A DNA stretch of 64,000 bases from a bacterium. GTDB taxonomy: Bacteria; Sysuimicrobiota; Sysuimicrobiia; Sysuimicrobiales; Segetimicrobiaceae. A program made the translations under genes and the position numbers. This document shows positions 1 to 10,945 of the stretch, in pieces. The notes beneath the pieces are model-generated. The model did not search any database. It worked only from the letters and a program-made list of their open reading frames with translations, and was not told where the DNA came from. Location of the stretch: the NCBI GenBank assembly GCA_035307565.1, contig DATGHZ010000038.1, forward strand, positions 78,899 through 142,898. Reading direction: 5' to 3'. Position 1 is the first letter of the stretch. Every line of letters starts with the position of its first letter.

Positions 1-1244
1 CCGGGCCCAGCGCGGCGTTTCGCGCGCCGGGCTTCGTGGAGGGTACCGTCGCGCTGGACTGCGCGATGGAGGCGCTCGCGGACCGCCTCGGCCTGGACCC
101 GCTGGCACTTCGTCTCACCAACTACGCCCCGGCGGACCAGGTGCTCGACCGCGGCTACTCGAGCAAATTCCTCCGCGAGGCCTATGACATGGCGGCCCGC
201 GCCGCCGGCTGGTCCCGCCGCACCCGCACGCCGCAGGCACCGGTGCGCACCGGCGGGCCGCGGCGCGGGCTCGGGATGGCTTCGCAGATCTGGGGCGGCG
301 CCGGATCCGCGCCCGCGTACGCGGAGGTGCGTGTGAATGCGGACGGCTCAGTCGACGTGCGGATCGGGACGCAGGACATCGGGACGGGCGCCCGCACGGC
401 GCTGGCGCAGATCGCCGCGGAAGTCCTGACCCTGCCCATCGAGCGGGTCACCGTCCGCCTCGGCGACACGGATTTCCCGTACAGTCCGCTGTCGGCGGGG
501 AGCCAAACGATTGCCTCCTGCGGACCGGCGGTCCGGATGGCCGCGGAAGAAGCGCGCCGGCATCTCGTGGAGACCGCCGCCTCGGTGCTGGAAGCGGCGC
601 CGTCCGACATCCGGCTCGAGGCGGCCGGCCTCAGCGTCGCCGGGGTGCCGGATCGCAAGCTCGCCGTGCACGAACTCACCGGCCGCATGGGCAACTTCAC
701 GATCGCGGGCCGGGGCTTCCGCGGCGCCAATCCCGACAACGTGACGATTCGCACCTGGGGCGTCCACATCGCCGAGGTGGAGGTCGACCCCGAGACCGGC
801 GAGGTGCGCGTGATCAAGATCACCGCCTGCCACGACGTCGGCCGGGTCATCAACCCGATGGGCTATCGCAGTCAGATTGAAGGCGGCGTCATTCAGGGAC
901 TCGGGATGGCGCTGTGCGAAGACCACGTGACCGATCCGGACAGCGGCACGGTGATGGACCTCGGGTTCGACACCTATGCGATGCCGCGTCAGTCGATGGT
1001 GCCCGAGATCGAGGCGCTCGCGGTCGGCCGGCCCGACCCGGTCGCGAACAACCTCGGCGTCAAAGGCGTCGGCGAACCGCCGATCATCCCCACCCCGGCC
1101 GCGATCGTGAACGCGGTCGCGAACGCGGTCGGCGTCCGGGTCACCTCGCTGCCGATCACGCCCGCCAAAATTCTGCGCGCGCTGCACGCGGCCTCGGGCG
1201 CCGCGGCATCGAAGCCTGCGCCCTCTGGAGCCGTGCCGTCATGA
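1..1244 (+). CDS. Molybdopterin-dependent hydroxylase large subunit (xanthine dehydrogenase/CoxL family), C-terminal part; 5' end outside window
   Basis: The frame of ORF 36..1244 stays open back to base 3 (..FRAPGF-VEGT..). It has typical C-terminal Mo-hydroxylase blocks: GTQDIGTGARTALAQIAAE, HDVGRVINP, GGVIQGLGMAL, GVKGVGEPP. Confidence 0.85.
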   Translation, partial: GPSAAFRAPGFVEGTVALDCAMEALADRLGLDPLALRLTNYAPADQVLDRGYSSKFLREAYDMAARAAGWSRRTRTPQAPVRTGGPRRGLGMASQIWGGAGSAPAYAEVRVNADGSVDVRIGTQDIGTGARTALAQIAAEVLTLPIERVTVRLGDTDFPYSPLSAGSQTIASCGPAVRMAAEEARRHLVETAASVLEAAPSDIRLEAAGLSVAGVPDRKLAVHELTGRMGNFTIAGRGFRGANPDNVTIRTWGVHIAEVEVDPETGEVRVIKITACHDVGRVINPMGYRSQIEGGVIQGLGMALCEDHVTDPDSGTVMDLGFDTYAMPRQSMVPEIEALAVGRPDPVANNLGVKGVGEPPIIPTPAAIVNAVANAVGVRVTSLPITPAKILRALHAASGAAASKPAPSGAVPS

Positions 1245-2089
1245 GCCCGGACTACCGGTACGTGATCTGCGACGTCTTCACCGAGACGCCCCTCGCCGGC
1301 AATGCACTCGCGGTCTTCCGCGACGCGCCCGGCATTCCGGAGGAGCGGCTGCAGCCGATCGCGCGTGAGATCAACTTCTCGGAGACGGTCTTCGTGTATC
1401 CGCCCGCCGCCGGCGGCGACGCGCGGATTCGGATTTTCACGCCCGGCCGCGAGCTGCCGTTCGCCGGCCATCCCATCCTCGGCAGCGCGATCGTGCTCGC
1501 CGCCGCGGACGGCGACGGCATCCGCCTCGAAACCGGGCGCGGCGTCATTCCCGTGCGCCTTGAGCGGCGCGCCGGCCGGCCGCCGTTCGGCTGGATGATC
1601 CAGCCGCTGCCGGCGGTGATTCCGTTTGCCGCGGGAGACGCGCTGCTCGCGGCGGTCGGCGCCGCGCGGTCCGCCGTGCCCATCGAGGCCTACGACAACG
1701 GCGTCCGTCACGTCTTCGTCGCCCTGGACGGCCCCGACGCCGTCGCCCGCCTGGCCCCCGATATGGGCCGGCTCGCCAAAGAGTTCGCGGAGTATGGGGT
1801 CAACTGCTTTGCCGGCGCGGGCGCCCGCTGGAAGACGCGGATGTTCGCCCCCGGACACGGCATGACCGAGGATCCGGCCACCGGGTCGGCCGCGGGGTCG
1901 CTGGTTGTCCACCTGCACCGGCATGGGCTCGTGCCGTCCGGCGAGGAGATTGTGATCTCGCAGGGCGCGGAGGTGCGGCGGCCGTCGGCGCTGCACGCGC
2001 GGGTCACGGCGGACGGCGGCCGCGTCGAACGCGTGGAAGTGGGCGGCTCGGCCGTGATCGTCGGACGGGGAGAGTTCACGTTCGACTAG
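1241..2089 (+). CDS. PhzF-family isomerase/epimerase-like protein
   Basis: The internal ATG at 1241 overlaps the upstream stop (ATGA). The N-terminus MSPDYRYVICDVFTETPLAGNALAVF..INFSETVFV and the C-terminal TEDPATGSAAG block are typical of PhzF family proteins. Confidence 0.8.
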   Translation: MSPDYRYVICDVFTETPLAGNALAVFRDAPGIPEERLQPIAREINFSETVFVYPPAAGGDARIRIFTPGRELPFAGHPILGSAIVLAAADGDGIRLETGRGVIPVRLERRAGRPPFGWMIQPLPAVIPFAAGDALLAAVGAARSAVPIEAYDNGVRHVFVALDGPDAVARLAPDMGRLAKEFAEYGVNCFAGAGARWKTRMFAPGHGMTEDPATGSAAGSLVVHLHRHGLVPSGEEIVISQGAEVRRPSALHARVTADGGRVERVEVGGSAVIVGRGEFTFD

Positions 2090-2191
2090 CGCGGTCCCAC
2101 GGGATCCATGCGTTGTCCGCCGCCGGCGCCGTACGCCCGCGGCGGTGCGCCGCGTCTCCGTCGGGTGGGGCCGGGGTATACTGATCCCGAA

Positions 2192-2416
2192 ATGAAGCCC
2201 CTCGTCCTCCTCGCTATCGTGCTCATCGTCGCCGGCGTGGCCGGCCTGGCGTACGGTGGGATTACCTACACGGCGAAGCAGACGACGGTGCGGCTCGGGC
2301 CGGTCGAGCTGACCGCGAAGGAAAAGAAAACGATTCCCATCCCCTCCGTCGCCGGCATCGTGTTGATCGCGGGAGGAGTCATCCTGCTGCTCATGGGGAC
2401 CACCGTCAGGCGATAG
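2192..2416 (+). CDS. Small two-helix membrane protein (hypothetical)
   Basis: ORF 2108..2416. The likely start is the ATG at 2192 (MKPLVLLAIVLIVAGVAGLAYGG.. and a second hydrophobic stretch VAGIVLIAGGVILLLMG). High GC3. Confidence 0.5.
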   Translation: MKPLVLLAIVLIVAGVAGLAYGGITYTAKQTTVRLGPVELTAKEKKTIPIPSVAGIVLIAGGVILLLMGTTVRR

Positions 2417-2420
2417 AAGC

Positions 2421-3491
2421 TCAGGAGACCCCCGGCAGGGACAGTTCCTCGGCCCGGTGGCAGCTGACACGGTGGCCCGGGCCAATGGTCCGGAGGCCGG
2501 GCGCTTCCACGCGGCAGCGCTCCACCGCGAACGGACACCGGGGATGAAAGTAGCATCCCGACGGCGGGTTGGCGGGACTCGGTACTTCCCCGCGCAACTC
2601 GCCGTCGTCGCTTCGCCGCCGCGGGTCCGGCATCGGGACCGCCGCGAGCAGGGCCGCGGTATACGGGTGCCGCGGCGTGCGATAGAGGTCGGCGGTTGCC
2701 GCCGTCTCGACGATCTTGCCGACGTACATCACGGCGACGCGGTCGCAGACGTGCTTCACGACGCTCAGATTGTGGCCGATGAACAGATACGTCAGGCCGA
2801 GCGTCTGCTGCAGTTCCATCATCAGGTTGAGCGTTTGGGCCTGCACCGACACATCGAGCGCCGACACGGGTTCGTCGGCAACCACGAGGCGCGGGTGCAG
2901 GGCCAGCGCCCGTGCGATGCCGATGCGCTGCCGCTGCCCGCCGCTGAACGCGTGGGGAAAACGCGGCATGAACTCCGGGCGCAGGCCGACCAGCCGCAGC
3001 AGGTCGGCCACCCGCTCGAAGCGCACCCGGCGGTCCCGGACGCCGCCCGCGGCGAGCAGCGGCTCCCCGACGATGTCGGCGACCGACATTCTTGGATTGA
3101 GCGACGCGTACGGATCTTGAAAGATCATTTGGATCTCGCGGCGCAGCGGGCGGAGGGCGCGCCGGGGCAGGCGCGCGAGGTCCACCGTCGCGCCGTCCCG
3201 GGCCCGGAAGAAGACCTCGCCCCCGGTCGGCACGTGCGCGCGAAGAATGCAGCGCGCGACCGTCGTCTTCCCGCAGCCGCTCTCGCCGACGAGGCCGAGC
3301 GTTTCGCCCTCCGCGATCGTAAAGCTCACATCGTCGACGGCGCGGACCCAGCCGGTCACGCGCCGCGAAAACCCGCGGTGGATCGGAAAGTATTTGCGGA
3401 GGTGCGCGACCTCAAGCAGCGGCGACGCGCCGGCGGACCCCGGCCCGGGTGCCGGCCGGGGGGAGCGCGCGCCGGACGGCGTCAACTGCAC
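2421..3491 (-). CDS. Oligopeptide/dipeptide ABC transporter ATP-binding protein (OppF/DppF-like)
   Basis: Walker [10 protein letters not shown], signature [16 protein letters not shown]-terminal CYFHPRCPF motif. ORF 2421..4097 is over-extended. The GTG at 3491 overlaps the oppD-like stop by 10 nt. Confidence 0.85.
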   Translation of the reverse strand: MQLTPSGARSPRPAPGPGSAGASPLLEVAHLRKYFPIHRGFSRRVTGWVRAVDDVSFTIAEGETLGLVGESGCGKTTVARCILRAHVPTGGEVFFRARDGATVDLARLPRRALRPLRREIQMIFQDPYASLNPRMSVADIVGEPLLAAGGVRDRRVRFERVADLLRLVGLRPEFMPRFPHAFSGGQRQRIGIARALALHPRLVVADEPVSALDVSVQAQTLNLMMELQQTLGLTYLFIGHNLSVVKHVCDRVAVMYVGKIVETAATADLYRTPRHPYTAALLAAVPMPDPRRRSDDGELRGEVPSPANPPSGCYFHPRCPFAVERCRVEAPGLRTIGPGHRVSCHRAEELSLPGVS

Positions 3492-4663
3492 GGCGGCGGT
3501 GCCGCGGGCGGCGTTGGCAGCGGCGCGCCGGCGGGTTCGTAGAGGAAGCACGCCGCGAGGTGTCCCGGCGAGAGTTCCCGCGGCGCGGGGACGTGGGTGT
3601 CGCAGGTGCCGGGCATGGCGTGCGGACAGCGCGGATGGAACGGGCACCCGCGGGGCTGATTGAGCGGGTGCGGGATCGATCCGCTGATGACCGGCAGCCG
3701 GTCCCGCGGCGTGGATGTGAGACGCGGAATCGACTGCAGCAGGGCCTGCGTGTACGGGTGGCGCGGGTCGTGGAAGATCGCCTCCACGGGCCCCTGTTCC
3801 ATCACGCGCCCCAGGTACATCACCATGACGCGGTCGGCCATTTGGGCGATCACGCCGAGGTCGTGGGTGATGAATACGATCGCGGCGCCGCGCTCCCGCC
3901 GCAGCCGCCGCAGCAGGCGGAGGATCTGGGCCTGTGTCGTGACGTCGACCGCCGTCGTCGGCTCGTCCGCGATCAACAGGCGGGGGTCGCACGACACGGC
4001 CATGGCGATCAGCGCACGCTGCCGCAGGCCCCCGCTCAGCTGCCAGGCGTAGTCCGCGAGCCGCTGCTCCGGCGCCGGCATGCCGACCTCCCGGCAAATC
4101 GCCGCGGCGAGCCGGCGGGCGTCCCCGCCGTGAATCCCCCGATGGAGCTCGATCGCCTCCGTGATCTGATCCCCGATCGAGTGCACCGGACTGAACGCGG
4201 CCATCGGTTCTTGCGGAATGAGCGCGATTTCCGCGCCGCGGATCGCGCGCATCACGCGCCCGCCGGCAGGCAGCGCGGCGAGGTCGACCACGCCGTCGGG
4301 CCCCGCGGGGCCGGCCCCACCGCCCTTCTCATCGCCGGCCGCCGTGCGGTCCGGCGCGGATCCACCGGCACGCCGCCACAGAATGCGGCCCGAGACGACC
4401 CGCCCCGGCGGGTCCACGAGCCGCAGCAGGGCCCGCATCGCCACCGATTTTCCGCAGCCGGTCTCGCCGACGATGCCGAAGACCTCGCCCGGAAAGACGT
4501 CAAACGACAGCCCGTCCACCGCGCGGACCACGCCCTCCGGCAGGAAGAACTGCACCCGCAGGTCGCGGACGGACAGGAGCGGGGCGGTGGCATCGCCGCC
4601 GCCGCGCGCCGCGGGGGTGACGGGGTGAGCCGCCGGGGCGCCCGCGGCCGGGTTACCGGCCAT
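3482..4663 (-). CDS. Oligopeptide/dipeptide ABC transporter ATP-binding protein (OppD/DppD-like)
   Basis: Walker [10 protein letters not shown], signature [15 protein letters not shown]-terminal [10 protein letters not shown]. It carries a Gly/Ala-rich insertion of about 25 aa before the Q-loop. Confidence 0.85.
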   Translation of the reverse strand: MAGNPAAGAPAAHPVTPAARGGGDATAPLLSVRDLRVQFFLPEGVVRAVDGLSFDVFPGEVFGIVGETGCGKSVAMRALLRLVDPPGRVVSGRILWRRAGGSAPDRTAAGDEKGGGAGPAGPDGVVDLAALPAGGRVMRAIRGAEIALIPQEPMAAFSPVHSIGDQITEAIELHRGIHGGDARRLAAAICREVGMPAPEQRLADYAWQLSGGLRQRALIAMAVSCDPRLLIADEPTTAVDVTTQAQILRLLRRLRRERGAAIVFITHDLGVIAQMADRVMVMYLGRVMEQGPVEAIFHDPRHPYTQALLQSIPRLTSTPRDRLPVISGSIPHPLNQPRGCPFHPRCPHAMPGTCDTHVPAPRELSPGHLAACFLYEPAGAPLPTPPAAPPPCS

Positions 4664-5843
4664 AGGGGTCGGCGGCGTCCCGCAGCCCGTCTCCGACGAG
4701 GTTGAACGCCAGCACCGCTACGACCACAAACGCCCCGGGGATGAGCAGCCAGGGCGCTTGAGCGACCGTCTGGATGTTCTGCGCCTCCTGCAGCAGCACG
4801 CCCCAGCTGATCGCGGGCGGCCGGATGCCGAGACCGAGGAAACTGAGCGACGTTTCGCTGATGATCAGCACAGGAATGGCGAGCGTGCTCGTCGCGATGA
4901 TGTGGCTCGTCATCGCGGGTAGCATGTGCCGCGTGATGATGCGGTACCGGCTGCAGCCCGCCAGCTCCGCGGCGAGGACGAAGTCTTCTTCCCGCAGCGA
5001 CAGGAACCGCCCGCGCACCTCGCGGCCGAGCGTCGTCCACCCGACAAACGCGAGAATCAGCGAGATGGCGAAGAAGACCTTCTGCGGCGGCCAGTCGCGC
5101 GGCAGGGCGGCACTCATCGCGAGCCAGACCGGGATCGTGGGCAGCGACTGCAGCAGCTCGATGAGGCGCTGGATGCCGAGGTCGAGCCATCCGCCGGCGT
5201 ACCCCGAGATCCCGCCGAGGAGCGCGCCTAGGACCACGCTGAGCGCGACGGCGGCAAGGCCGACGGTCATCGACGTCCGCGTCGCGTGCATGAGGCGGGA
5301 CCATTGGTCGCGGCCGAGGCGGTCCGTGCCCAGGAGGTGCGCGCCGCTGTCGGCGCCCGCGGCCGCCGGGCCCGCGGTGACCAGATGAAGATTGGTTCTG
5401 ACGAGCCCGAGGATGCGGTACGGGTAGCCCTGCGCGAACAGATGCAGTGGAATGCGCCGGGCCGCGTCGACGCGCCACTCCATGCGCAGCGTCACCGGAT
5501 TGCGCCGGCCCGTCACCACCGGGACGGACACACCGGTCCCGCCGGTGAACAGTGCCGGCCACTGCACCGGGATGAATGCGAGGCGGGCGTCCGTCGCCTC
5601 GGGATCTTGCGTGCTGAAGAAGTCCGGCACCAGGACGACCACGTAGAAGACCGCCAGCACGGCGGCGCTCGCCATCGCCAGCCGGTGGCGGCGGAAGCGC
5701 CACCAGATGAGCGTCCAGTTGGAGGCGAGCGAGACGCGGTCTTCGGCCGCGGCCCCGGCGCTCGCCGGGGGGCCCGCGGCGGCCGGGGGCGCCGCCGGGA
5801 GCGCCGCGTCCGGGAGGCCGACCGCGTCGATCCGCTCCGCCAT
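4653..5843 (-). CDS. Peptide ABC transporter permease (OppC/DppC-like)
   Basis: The real part of ORF 4653..6614 starts at the ATG at 5843 (MAERIDAV..). It has the LGTDRLGRDQWSRL motif and multiple TM segments. The start lies 2 nt after the upstream permease stop. Confidence 0.8.
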   Translation of the reverse strand: MAERIDAVGLPDAALPAAPPAAAGPPASAGAAAEDRVSLASNWTLIWWRFRRHRLAMASAAVLAVFYVVVLVPDFFSTQDPEATDARLAFIPVQWPALFTGGTGVSVPVVTGRRNPVTLRMEWRVDAARRIPLHLFAQGYPYRILGLVRTNLHLVTAGPAAAGADSGAHLLGTDRLGRDQWSRLMHATRTSMTVGLAAVALSVVLGALLGGISGYAGGWLDLGIQRLIELLQSLPTIPVWLAMSAALPRDWPPQKVFFAISLILAFVGWTTLGREVRGRFLSLREEDFVLAAELAGCSRYRIITRHMLPAMTSHIIATSTLAIPVLIISETSLSFLGLGIRPPAISWGVLLQEAQNIQTVAQAPWLLIPGAFVVVAVLAFNLVGDGLRDAADPYGR

Positions 5844-5845
5844 CT

Positions 5846-6832
5846 TCAGCGCTCCATGCGGATGCGCGGATCCACCCACGCGAGCAGCAGATCCGAGATG
5901 AGCGTGCCGATCACCGTGAAGAAACAGTAGATCATGAGTACGCTGCCGGCGAGGTACATGTCCTGGCTGATCAGGGCGTGCAGCAGCAGCGGCCCGATGT
6001 TCGGCAGGTTCATCACCGTCGCGACGATCAGGCTGCCGGAGAACAACTGCGGCAGGTACCAGCCGATCGTGCTGACGAGCGGGTTGATCGCGACGCGGAC
6101 CGGGTACTTGAACACCAGCCGCCACTCCGGGAGCCCCTTGGCGCGCGCCGTCACGACGTACGGCTTGTGCAGCTCGTCGAGGAGATTCGCGCGCATGATC
6201 CGCGTCAGGCGCGCAGTGCCGGCCAGCCCGAGCACCAGAGTGGGCAGCCAGATGTGCTTCAGCAAATCCGCCGCGCGGGCGGCGCTCCACGGCGCCTGCA
6301 CGTACTCCGGCGAGAACAGCCCCGTCACGCTCAGCCCGAACCACGCGAACGCGATCCACATCAGCACGAGGGCCAGCATGAAGTTGGGCACCGCGACGCC
6401 GACGTAGTTGAGCACGGTCAGCAGGTAGTCGAGCGCCGAGTGCGGATGCGTCGCGGAGTAGATCCCGGCGGGAATGGCGAGCACCCACGTCAGCACGAAC
6501 GAGAAGAGCGCGAGCAGGACCGTGAGCAGCAGATACTGCTGAATCAACTCGGCGTTGGGCCGCTGGTACTCCAGCGAGAGCCCCAGGTTGCCGTGGAGCA
6601 GGCCGTTGACCCACAAGAAATAGCGCACGTGGAAGGGCTGATCGAGGCCGAACTGCCGGCGCAGCGCTTCCACCTGCGCCGCGTCGATCGACGAGCCGGA
6701 CGAGGCCAGGGTGGCGACGTAACTCGCGAGAAAGCCGCCCGGCGGCGCCTGCACCAGCGCGAAGACGACGATCGAGAACACAACGAGCAGGAACGGCAGC
6801 AGGACCAGGCGCTGGAGCACGAAGCGCAGCAT
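5846..6832 (-). CDS. Peptide ABC transporter permease (OppB/DppB-like)
   Basis: MLRFVLQRLVLLPFLLVVFSIVVFALV N-terminus and the ARAKGLPEWRLVFKYPVRVAINPLVS block typical of OppB/DppB. The alternative start at 6868 adds 12 aa. Confidence 0.85.
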   Translation of the reverse strand: MLRFVLQRLVLLPFLLVVFSIVVFALVQAPPGGFLASYVATLASSGSSIDAAQVEALRRQFGLDQPFHVRYFLWVNGLLHGNLGLSLEYQRPNAELIQQYLLLTVLLALFSFVLTWVLAIPAGIYSATHPHSALDYLLTVLNYVGVAVPNFMLALVLMWIAFAWFGLSVTGLFSPEYVQAPWSAARAADLLKHIWLPTLVLGLAGTARLTRIMRANLLDELHKPYVVTARAKGLPEWRLVFKYPVRVAINPLVSTIGWYLPQLFSGSLIVATVMNLPNIGPLLLHALISQDMYLAGSVLMIYCFFTVIGTLISDLLLAWVDPRIRMER

Positions 6833-6903
6833 CGCAGGCCGCCCGGACGAGCGGGGCCGGCGGCGCACATCGCCGCCGGCCCCGCGAGACTATCTCCCTC
6901 GGA

Positions 6904-8865
6904 TCATCGGAAGAAGAACTGTTCGGTCCGCGCGTTGCCCGGCGTCCGTAGCGGCCAGTCCTTGCCGAGCTTCGCCGGCACGTTGTGCATGTGGACGTTG
7001 ACCACCACGACGCCCTGGTCCATCGGCGTGAGGCCGACCGTTCCGATCTCGAACATGTTGTCGACCCACGTCTTAAAAATTTCCTGGCCGTCCATCGCCT
7101 GGTGGCGCGGGTCGTCCTGCTTGGCCTTGTCGATCAACTCCACGAGGTGCTTGACCGCCGCGGGCGGCTCCATCCCCTCCTTGCCGCCGGTGTCGTACCA
7201 CTGCTTCCACAGCGGGCCGGTCGTGATGTTGCCGTAAATGATCGTGCGCGGATCGAACTTGGGCGTCCCGGTGAAGGGGAACCCCGCGGTGTCCTCGTTC
7301 CAGATCTCCGCCTGCAGGTCGTTGGCCTGGCGCATCTGGAAGTGCAGCGACCGCTCGCGCACCTGCACGATGGCCTTGATGCCGACCCGTTCCCAGTCCT
7401 TGGCGATCAGCTGCGCGACATCCGGCCACGGGCCGAACACGGGCACCACCGAGATTTCGACCGTGGCGCGCCGGGTGGTGCCCGGGTAGAGGCGGAAGCC
7501 GTCCGCGTCCTTCTTGTCGAGACCGATCCGGTCGAGGATCCGGTTCGCCTCGTCGGGCCGGTACTCCGTGTATTTGTGGGCGTAGACGTCGCCCGGATAG
7601 TACGGCGACCACGGGGCGGCGACCGGCTGCCGCGCCTCGCCCAGGCCGAGGAACGCCGATTCCTTGATTTCGTTGCGGTTGATGGCGTAGGACATCGCGA
7701 TGCGGAAATCACGGTTCCGCAACAGGCGCCCGAGATCCGCGTCCTTCGTGTACGTTTCGTTGAACGTCACGTCGGCATCCGCGCCGCCGAAGCCCTGCCA
7801 GAGGATGACCCGGTACTTGCCGTCCTTCTCGTGCTCCTTGAGGACCGGGTAGTTGCCGAGGATGATGTGGCGCTCCTGTTCGTCGAGCTGGCCGGCGATC
7901 GCGGCGAGGTTGAGCGATTGGGCGTCCGCGAAGTACTTGAACTGGACGGTGTCGATGTAGGGCAGCTGGTTGCCGGCCCGATCGACGCCGACGTAGTACG
8001 GATTACGGCGCAGGACGTACAGCTGGTCGCTCACGCGCGTGGCCGAGACCCACGCGGCCATCACGGGGCGATCCGGGTTCTCCGGCGGATGGGCCTTCGA
8101 CGCGAAGAGCTCTCCCCACGTCTTGAACTTCGCCGCGGCGACCATCTGGTCGAGCTTCGCCTTGTCCGTGTACTTCGCGTGAAACTGTTTGAGGTAGCGG
8201 GCCGGCAGGAAGCACGCGTACTGCCGGTCGCCGCTGTCCTTGTTGGCAAGCTCCATCATGAACGTCGTACTGCGTTCCTTGTAGATCCAGCGCACCGTGA
8301 TATCGTCCACACGCTGCACGGTGACGGGGCTGCCGTCGTGATTCTTCATCCAGACGGGCAGCGCCGGGGTCAGGTCCTTGTTCAGCAGCACATCGTCGTA
8401 CCAGAACATGATGTCGTCCGCGGTAAACGGTGAGCCGTCCGACCACCGGGCGCCGCGGCGCAGCTTGACCGTCCACGTCTTGAAATCGGCGGACGGCGTC
8501 ACGCTCGAAGCGTACTTGGGCTCCACCTTGGTGCCGTCGGGCGAGTAGCGGACGAGCGCGTCGTAGACAATGCGGTGCACGTTGTTGAAATCGCTCGGAC
8601 CGAGGAAGCCGCGCCGCCACACGCCGCCGTACTGGCCGATGCCCTCCACCGTGTCGACGACGAGCGGGTCCCGCGGCAGACGCTGCTCCACCGGCGGCAG
8701 CTTGCCGGCGCGAACGAGCGCGGCCAGCATCGGGGCTTCGTGGTATTTCGCCTGCGCGAGCGCCAGGGTCTGCGCCCGCGGCCACCCTCCCGGCGCCGGC
8801 AGCGCGAGGCCCAGGGCGAGCAGGACGATGGCGCACGCCGCGATCCGGTACGGTATCGCTCTCAT
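6904..8865 (-). CDS. ABC transporter substrate-binding protein, family 5 (peptide/nickel type)
   Basis: 653-aa ORF with a signal peptide (MRAIPYRIAACAIVLLALGLALPAP). Its size, composition and position upstream of the OppBCDF-like genes fit this family. GGAGGGA Shine-Dalgarno 5 nt upstream of the ATG. Confidence 0.8.
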   Translation of the reverse strand: MRAIPYRIAACAIVLLALGLALPAPGGWPRAQTLALAQAKYHEAPMLAALVRAGKLPPVEQRLPRDPLVVDTVEGIGQYGGVWRRGFLGPSDFNNVHRIVYDALVRYSPDGTKVEPKYASSVTPSADFKTWTVKLRRGARWSDGSPFTADDIMFWYDDVLLNKDLTPALPVWMKNHDGSPVTVQRVDDITVRWIYKERSTTFMMELANKDSGDRQYACFLPARYLKQFHAKYTDKAKLDQMVAAAKFKTWGELFASKAHPPENPDRPVMAAWVSATRVSDQLYVLRRNPYYVGVDRAGNQLPYIDTVQFKYFADAQSLNLAAIAGQLDEQERHIILGNYPVLKEHEKDGKYRVILWQGFGGADADVTFNETYTKDADLGRLLRNRDFRIAMSYAINRNEIKESAFLGLGEARQPVAAPWSPYYPGDVYAHKYTEYRPDEANRILDRIGLDKKDADGFRLYPGTTRRATVEISVVPVFGPWPDVAQLIAKDWERVGIKAIVQVRERSLHFQMRQANDLQAEIWNEDTAGFPFTGTPKFDPRTIIYGNITTGPLWKQWYDTGGKEGMEPPAAVKHLVELIDKAKQDDPRHQAMDGQEIFKTWVDNMFEIGTVGLTPMDQGVVVVNVHMHNVPAKLGKDWPLRTPGNARTEQFFFR

Positions 8866-8917
8866 CGATTCCCTCCGTTCGTCTGATGATCGGCTCTGTC
8901 ATCGTCGCGGATACCGG

Positions 8918-10945
8918 CTACGGCGCCGGTCCGAGATCGCGCAGCGCCGCTTGAACCTGGTCGAGCTGCGCCCGTGACGCCGCGTAGCGGGTCCCGCGCC
9001 CCTCATGGTGCTCGATCAGCACGAGTTCCACCGGATAGAGCCGCGCGGCCTCCTCGTATTCGCGGCGGGCCCCCTCCCGGTCCCCTGCCAGCCGGAGCGC
9101 GTCGCCCAGCCACAGGCGGTAGCGCGGGGCGTAGGGGTCGAGCCGCACCCCGTCGCGCAGCGCCGAGACGGCCTCCGCGTACCGGTGCTGATCTTGAAAG
9201 AGGCGCCCCAACTCGACGCGCGGGTAGGCGTCCCACACGTTCTCGGCCATGCCCTGCCGGTAGTAGGCCGCGGCGACGTCGCGCAGCGACGGCCACGGTC
9301 CCAGCGCCGTCGTCAGCCGCCGGGTGTACAGGTCGGTCGCGAGGTCGCCGAGGTACACCGGAATGACGCTGTCCAGCGGGTCGAGCGGCAGCGCGGCGAG
9401 GAAGGTGTCGACGGCCTCGGGGAAGCGCTGCGCGGCCACGTCGTCCGACGCTTCCGTGTGCAGTATCGTCGCGACGACGGGGGGCACCAGCAGCGGCGGC
9501 AGCGCGACGAACACCACGGCGAGCGGCAGCACGAACAGCCGCCGCCCCACCGGCATGGTGGCGCGCCGATCCCGCACGGTATAGGCGGCCACCGCCGCGG
9601 CCAGCGCGACCAGCATCGTGAGGTTGGTGATCACATAGAGGTTTTCGTCCGCCAGGCTCATGACCCCGACACCCGCCGCCGCGGCCACCCCCACCCCGAG
9701 CCACACACGATCGTCGGCGCCCCCGATGCGGTAGCGCACGGCGGCCCGCCACAGGCCCCAGAGAACCACCGCGGTCAGGATTCCGGCCCCGGCGGCGCCG
9801 GTCTCCGCGAGGATCTGCAGGTAATCGTCGTGGGCCGAGGCCGGAACCTTGAGCAGCGCGTACGTCGCGTAGACTCCAGGAGGCCGGTACGCCGAGTACA
9901 CGACATTAAAGGTACCGAGGCCCGTGCCCCAGAGCCGGTGGTCGGCCCAGACTCGCCGGGCCGTCCCCCAGATGAACCGGCGGCTCGTCACCGTGTCCTC
10001 CTGCGCGGGCGCAAGGCTCTCCGCGCGCAGTCCGACCGCCGGAAGCCGCGCCACCGCGACGCCCGCCGTGATCATCACGAGCAGCACGACCCAGCGCGCC
10101 CGCCGGCGGACCGGAATGAGGACGGCCGCGGCGATGAGGAGAAACGCCGTGAGCCCGGCGTACCCGCCCCGCGAGTAGGTCAGCATGAGCGCGAGCACCT
10201 GCGCCACCAACGCCGCGCCCACGACCGGGCGCAGATAGACCGGCAGCGTCATGCCGAGGATGGCCGCCCCGGCGATGCCCAGCAGGAGAAAGCCGGCGAG
10301 CACGTTCGGGCTGCCGAGCGTGCCGTACACGCGCGTGTGGATGATGTCGGCGAAGGACGGACTCAGCCAGTACGCCGGCGTGGCGAGGCCCGCGGCATAT
10401 TGGCCCAAGCCCTGGGCCGCTTGCCAGCAGGCGATGCCCACAAGGCCCGCCAGAAACACCTGGGTTTTGATCCCGTCGGTCAAGACCATCAAAAGCGCCA
10501 GCGTCAGCATCGCGACGGCGATCAGAAAAAACAGTTCTTCGCGGGTCGAGTAGAGGTTCGTCGTATGCGCGATGGCGAACAGCCCGACGGCCCCCACCGC
10601 GGCGAGCCCGGCGAGCGGCGCGCCGGGCAGCGGGCGCGCGCCCAACAGCCACCGTACCCCGGCGGCCCCGGCGATCGCGAGACAGACCTGTTCGAAAATG
10701 AGGAGCGGGATGCGGTGCGCGAGAAAGCCCGCCGCGGGCATGAACGTCAATCCCGTCGACGCGCTCCACCCGAGCAGGACCAGGGCCGCGAACAGGATGA
10801 TCCAATCGAGGACTTCCGCGATCGCCGCGTGAAAGGGCGGCGGGGACCCCGCCGCGCGCGGCGCCGCCCCTGTCGCCCCCGCCCTGTCAGTCTTTTGGCC
10901 GGCCCGCGGACCCGGCCGCACGTCTTCCGTCAGCGGGCGAGCCAT
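8918..10945 (-). CDS. O-antigen ligase (Wzy_C)-like polytopic membrane protein with C-terminal TPR repeats
   Basis: At least 10 hydrophobic segments, a LTYSRGGYAGL block, and a C-terminal TPR-like region (AEAVSALRDGVRLDPYAPRYRLWLGDALRLAGDREGARREYEEAARLYP). The start was chosen at the ATG at 10945 and overlaps the SDR stop by 16 nt. ORF 8918..11167 is probably over-extended. Confidence 0.65.
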   Translation of the reverse strand: MARPLTEDVRPGPRAGQKTDRAGATGAAPRAAGSPPPFHAAIAEVLDWIILFAALVLLGWSASTGLTFMPAAGFLAHRIPLLIFEQVCLAIAGAAGVRWLLGARPLPGAPLAGLAAVGAVGLFAIAHTTNLYSTREELFFLIAVAMLTLALLMVLTDGIKTQVFLAGLVGIACWQAAQGLGQYAAGLATPAYWLSPSFADIIHTRVYGTLGSPNVLAGFLLLGIAGAAILGMTLPVYLRPVVGAALVAQVLALMLTYSRGGYAGLTAFLLIAAAVLIPVRRRARWVVLLVMITAGVAVARLPAVGLRAESLAPAQEDTVTSRRFIWGTARRVWADHRLWGTGLGTFNVVYSAYRPPGVYATYALLKVPASAHDDYLQILAETGAAGAGILTAVVLWGLWRAAVRYRIGGADDRVWLGVGVAAAAGVGVMSLADENLYVITNLTMLVALAAAVAAYTVRDRRATMPVGRRLFVLPLAVVFVALPPLLVPPVVATILHTEASDDVAAQRFPEAVDTFLAALPLDPLDSVIPVYLGDLATDLYTRRLTTALGPWPSLRDVAAAYYRQGMAENVWDAYPRVELGRLFQDQHRYAEAVSALRDGVRLDPYAPRYRLWLGDALRLAGDREGARREYEEAARLYPVELVLIEHHEGRGTRYAASRAQLDQVQAALRDLGPAP

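Noticed and set aside
3492-4097. Long N-terminal extensions of ORFs 2421..4097, 4653..6614 and 10930..13191
   Set aside because: The extensions overlap the well-supported upstream or opposite-strand genes and are low complexity. Internal starts next to the preceding stop codons give normal-length proteins.
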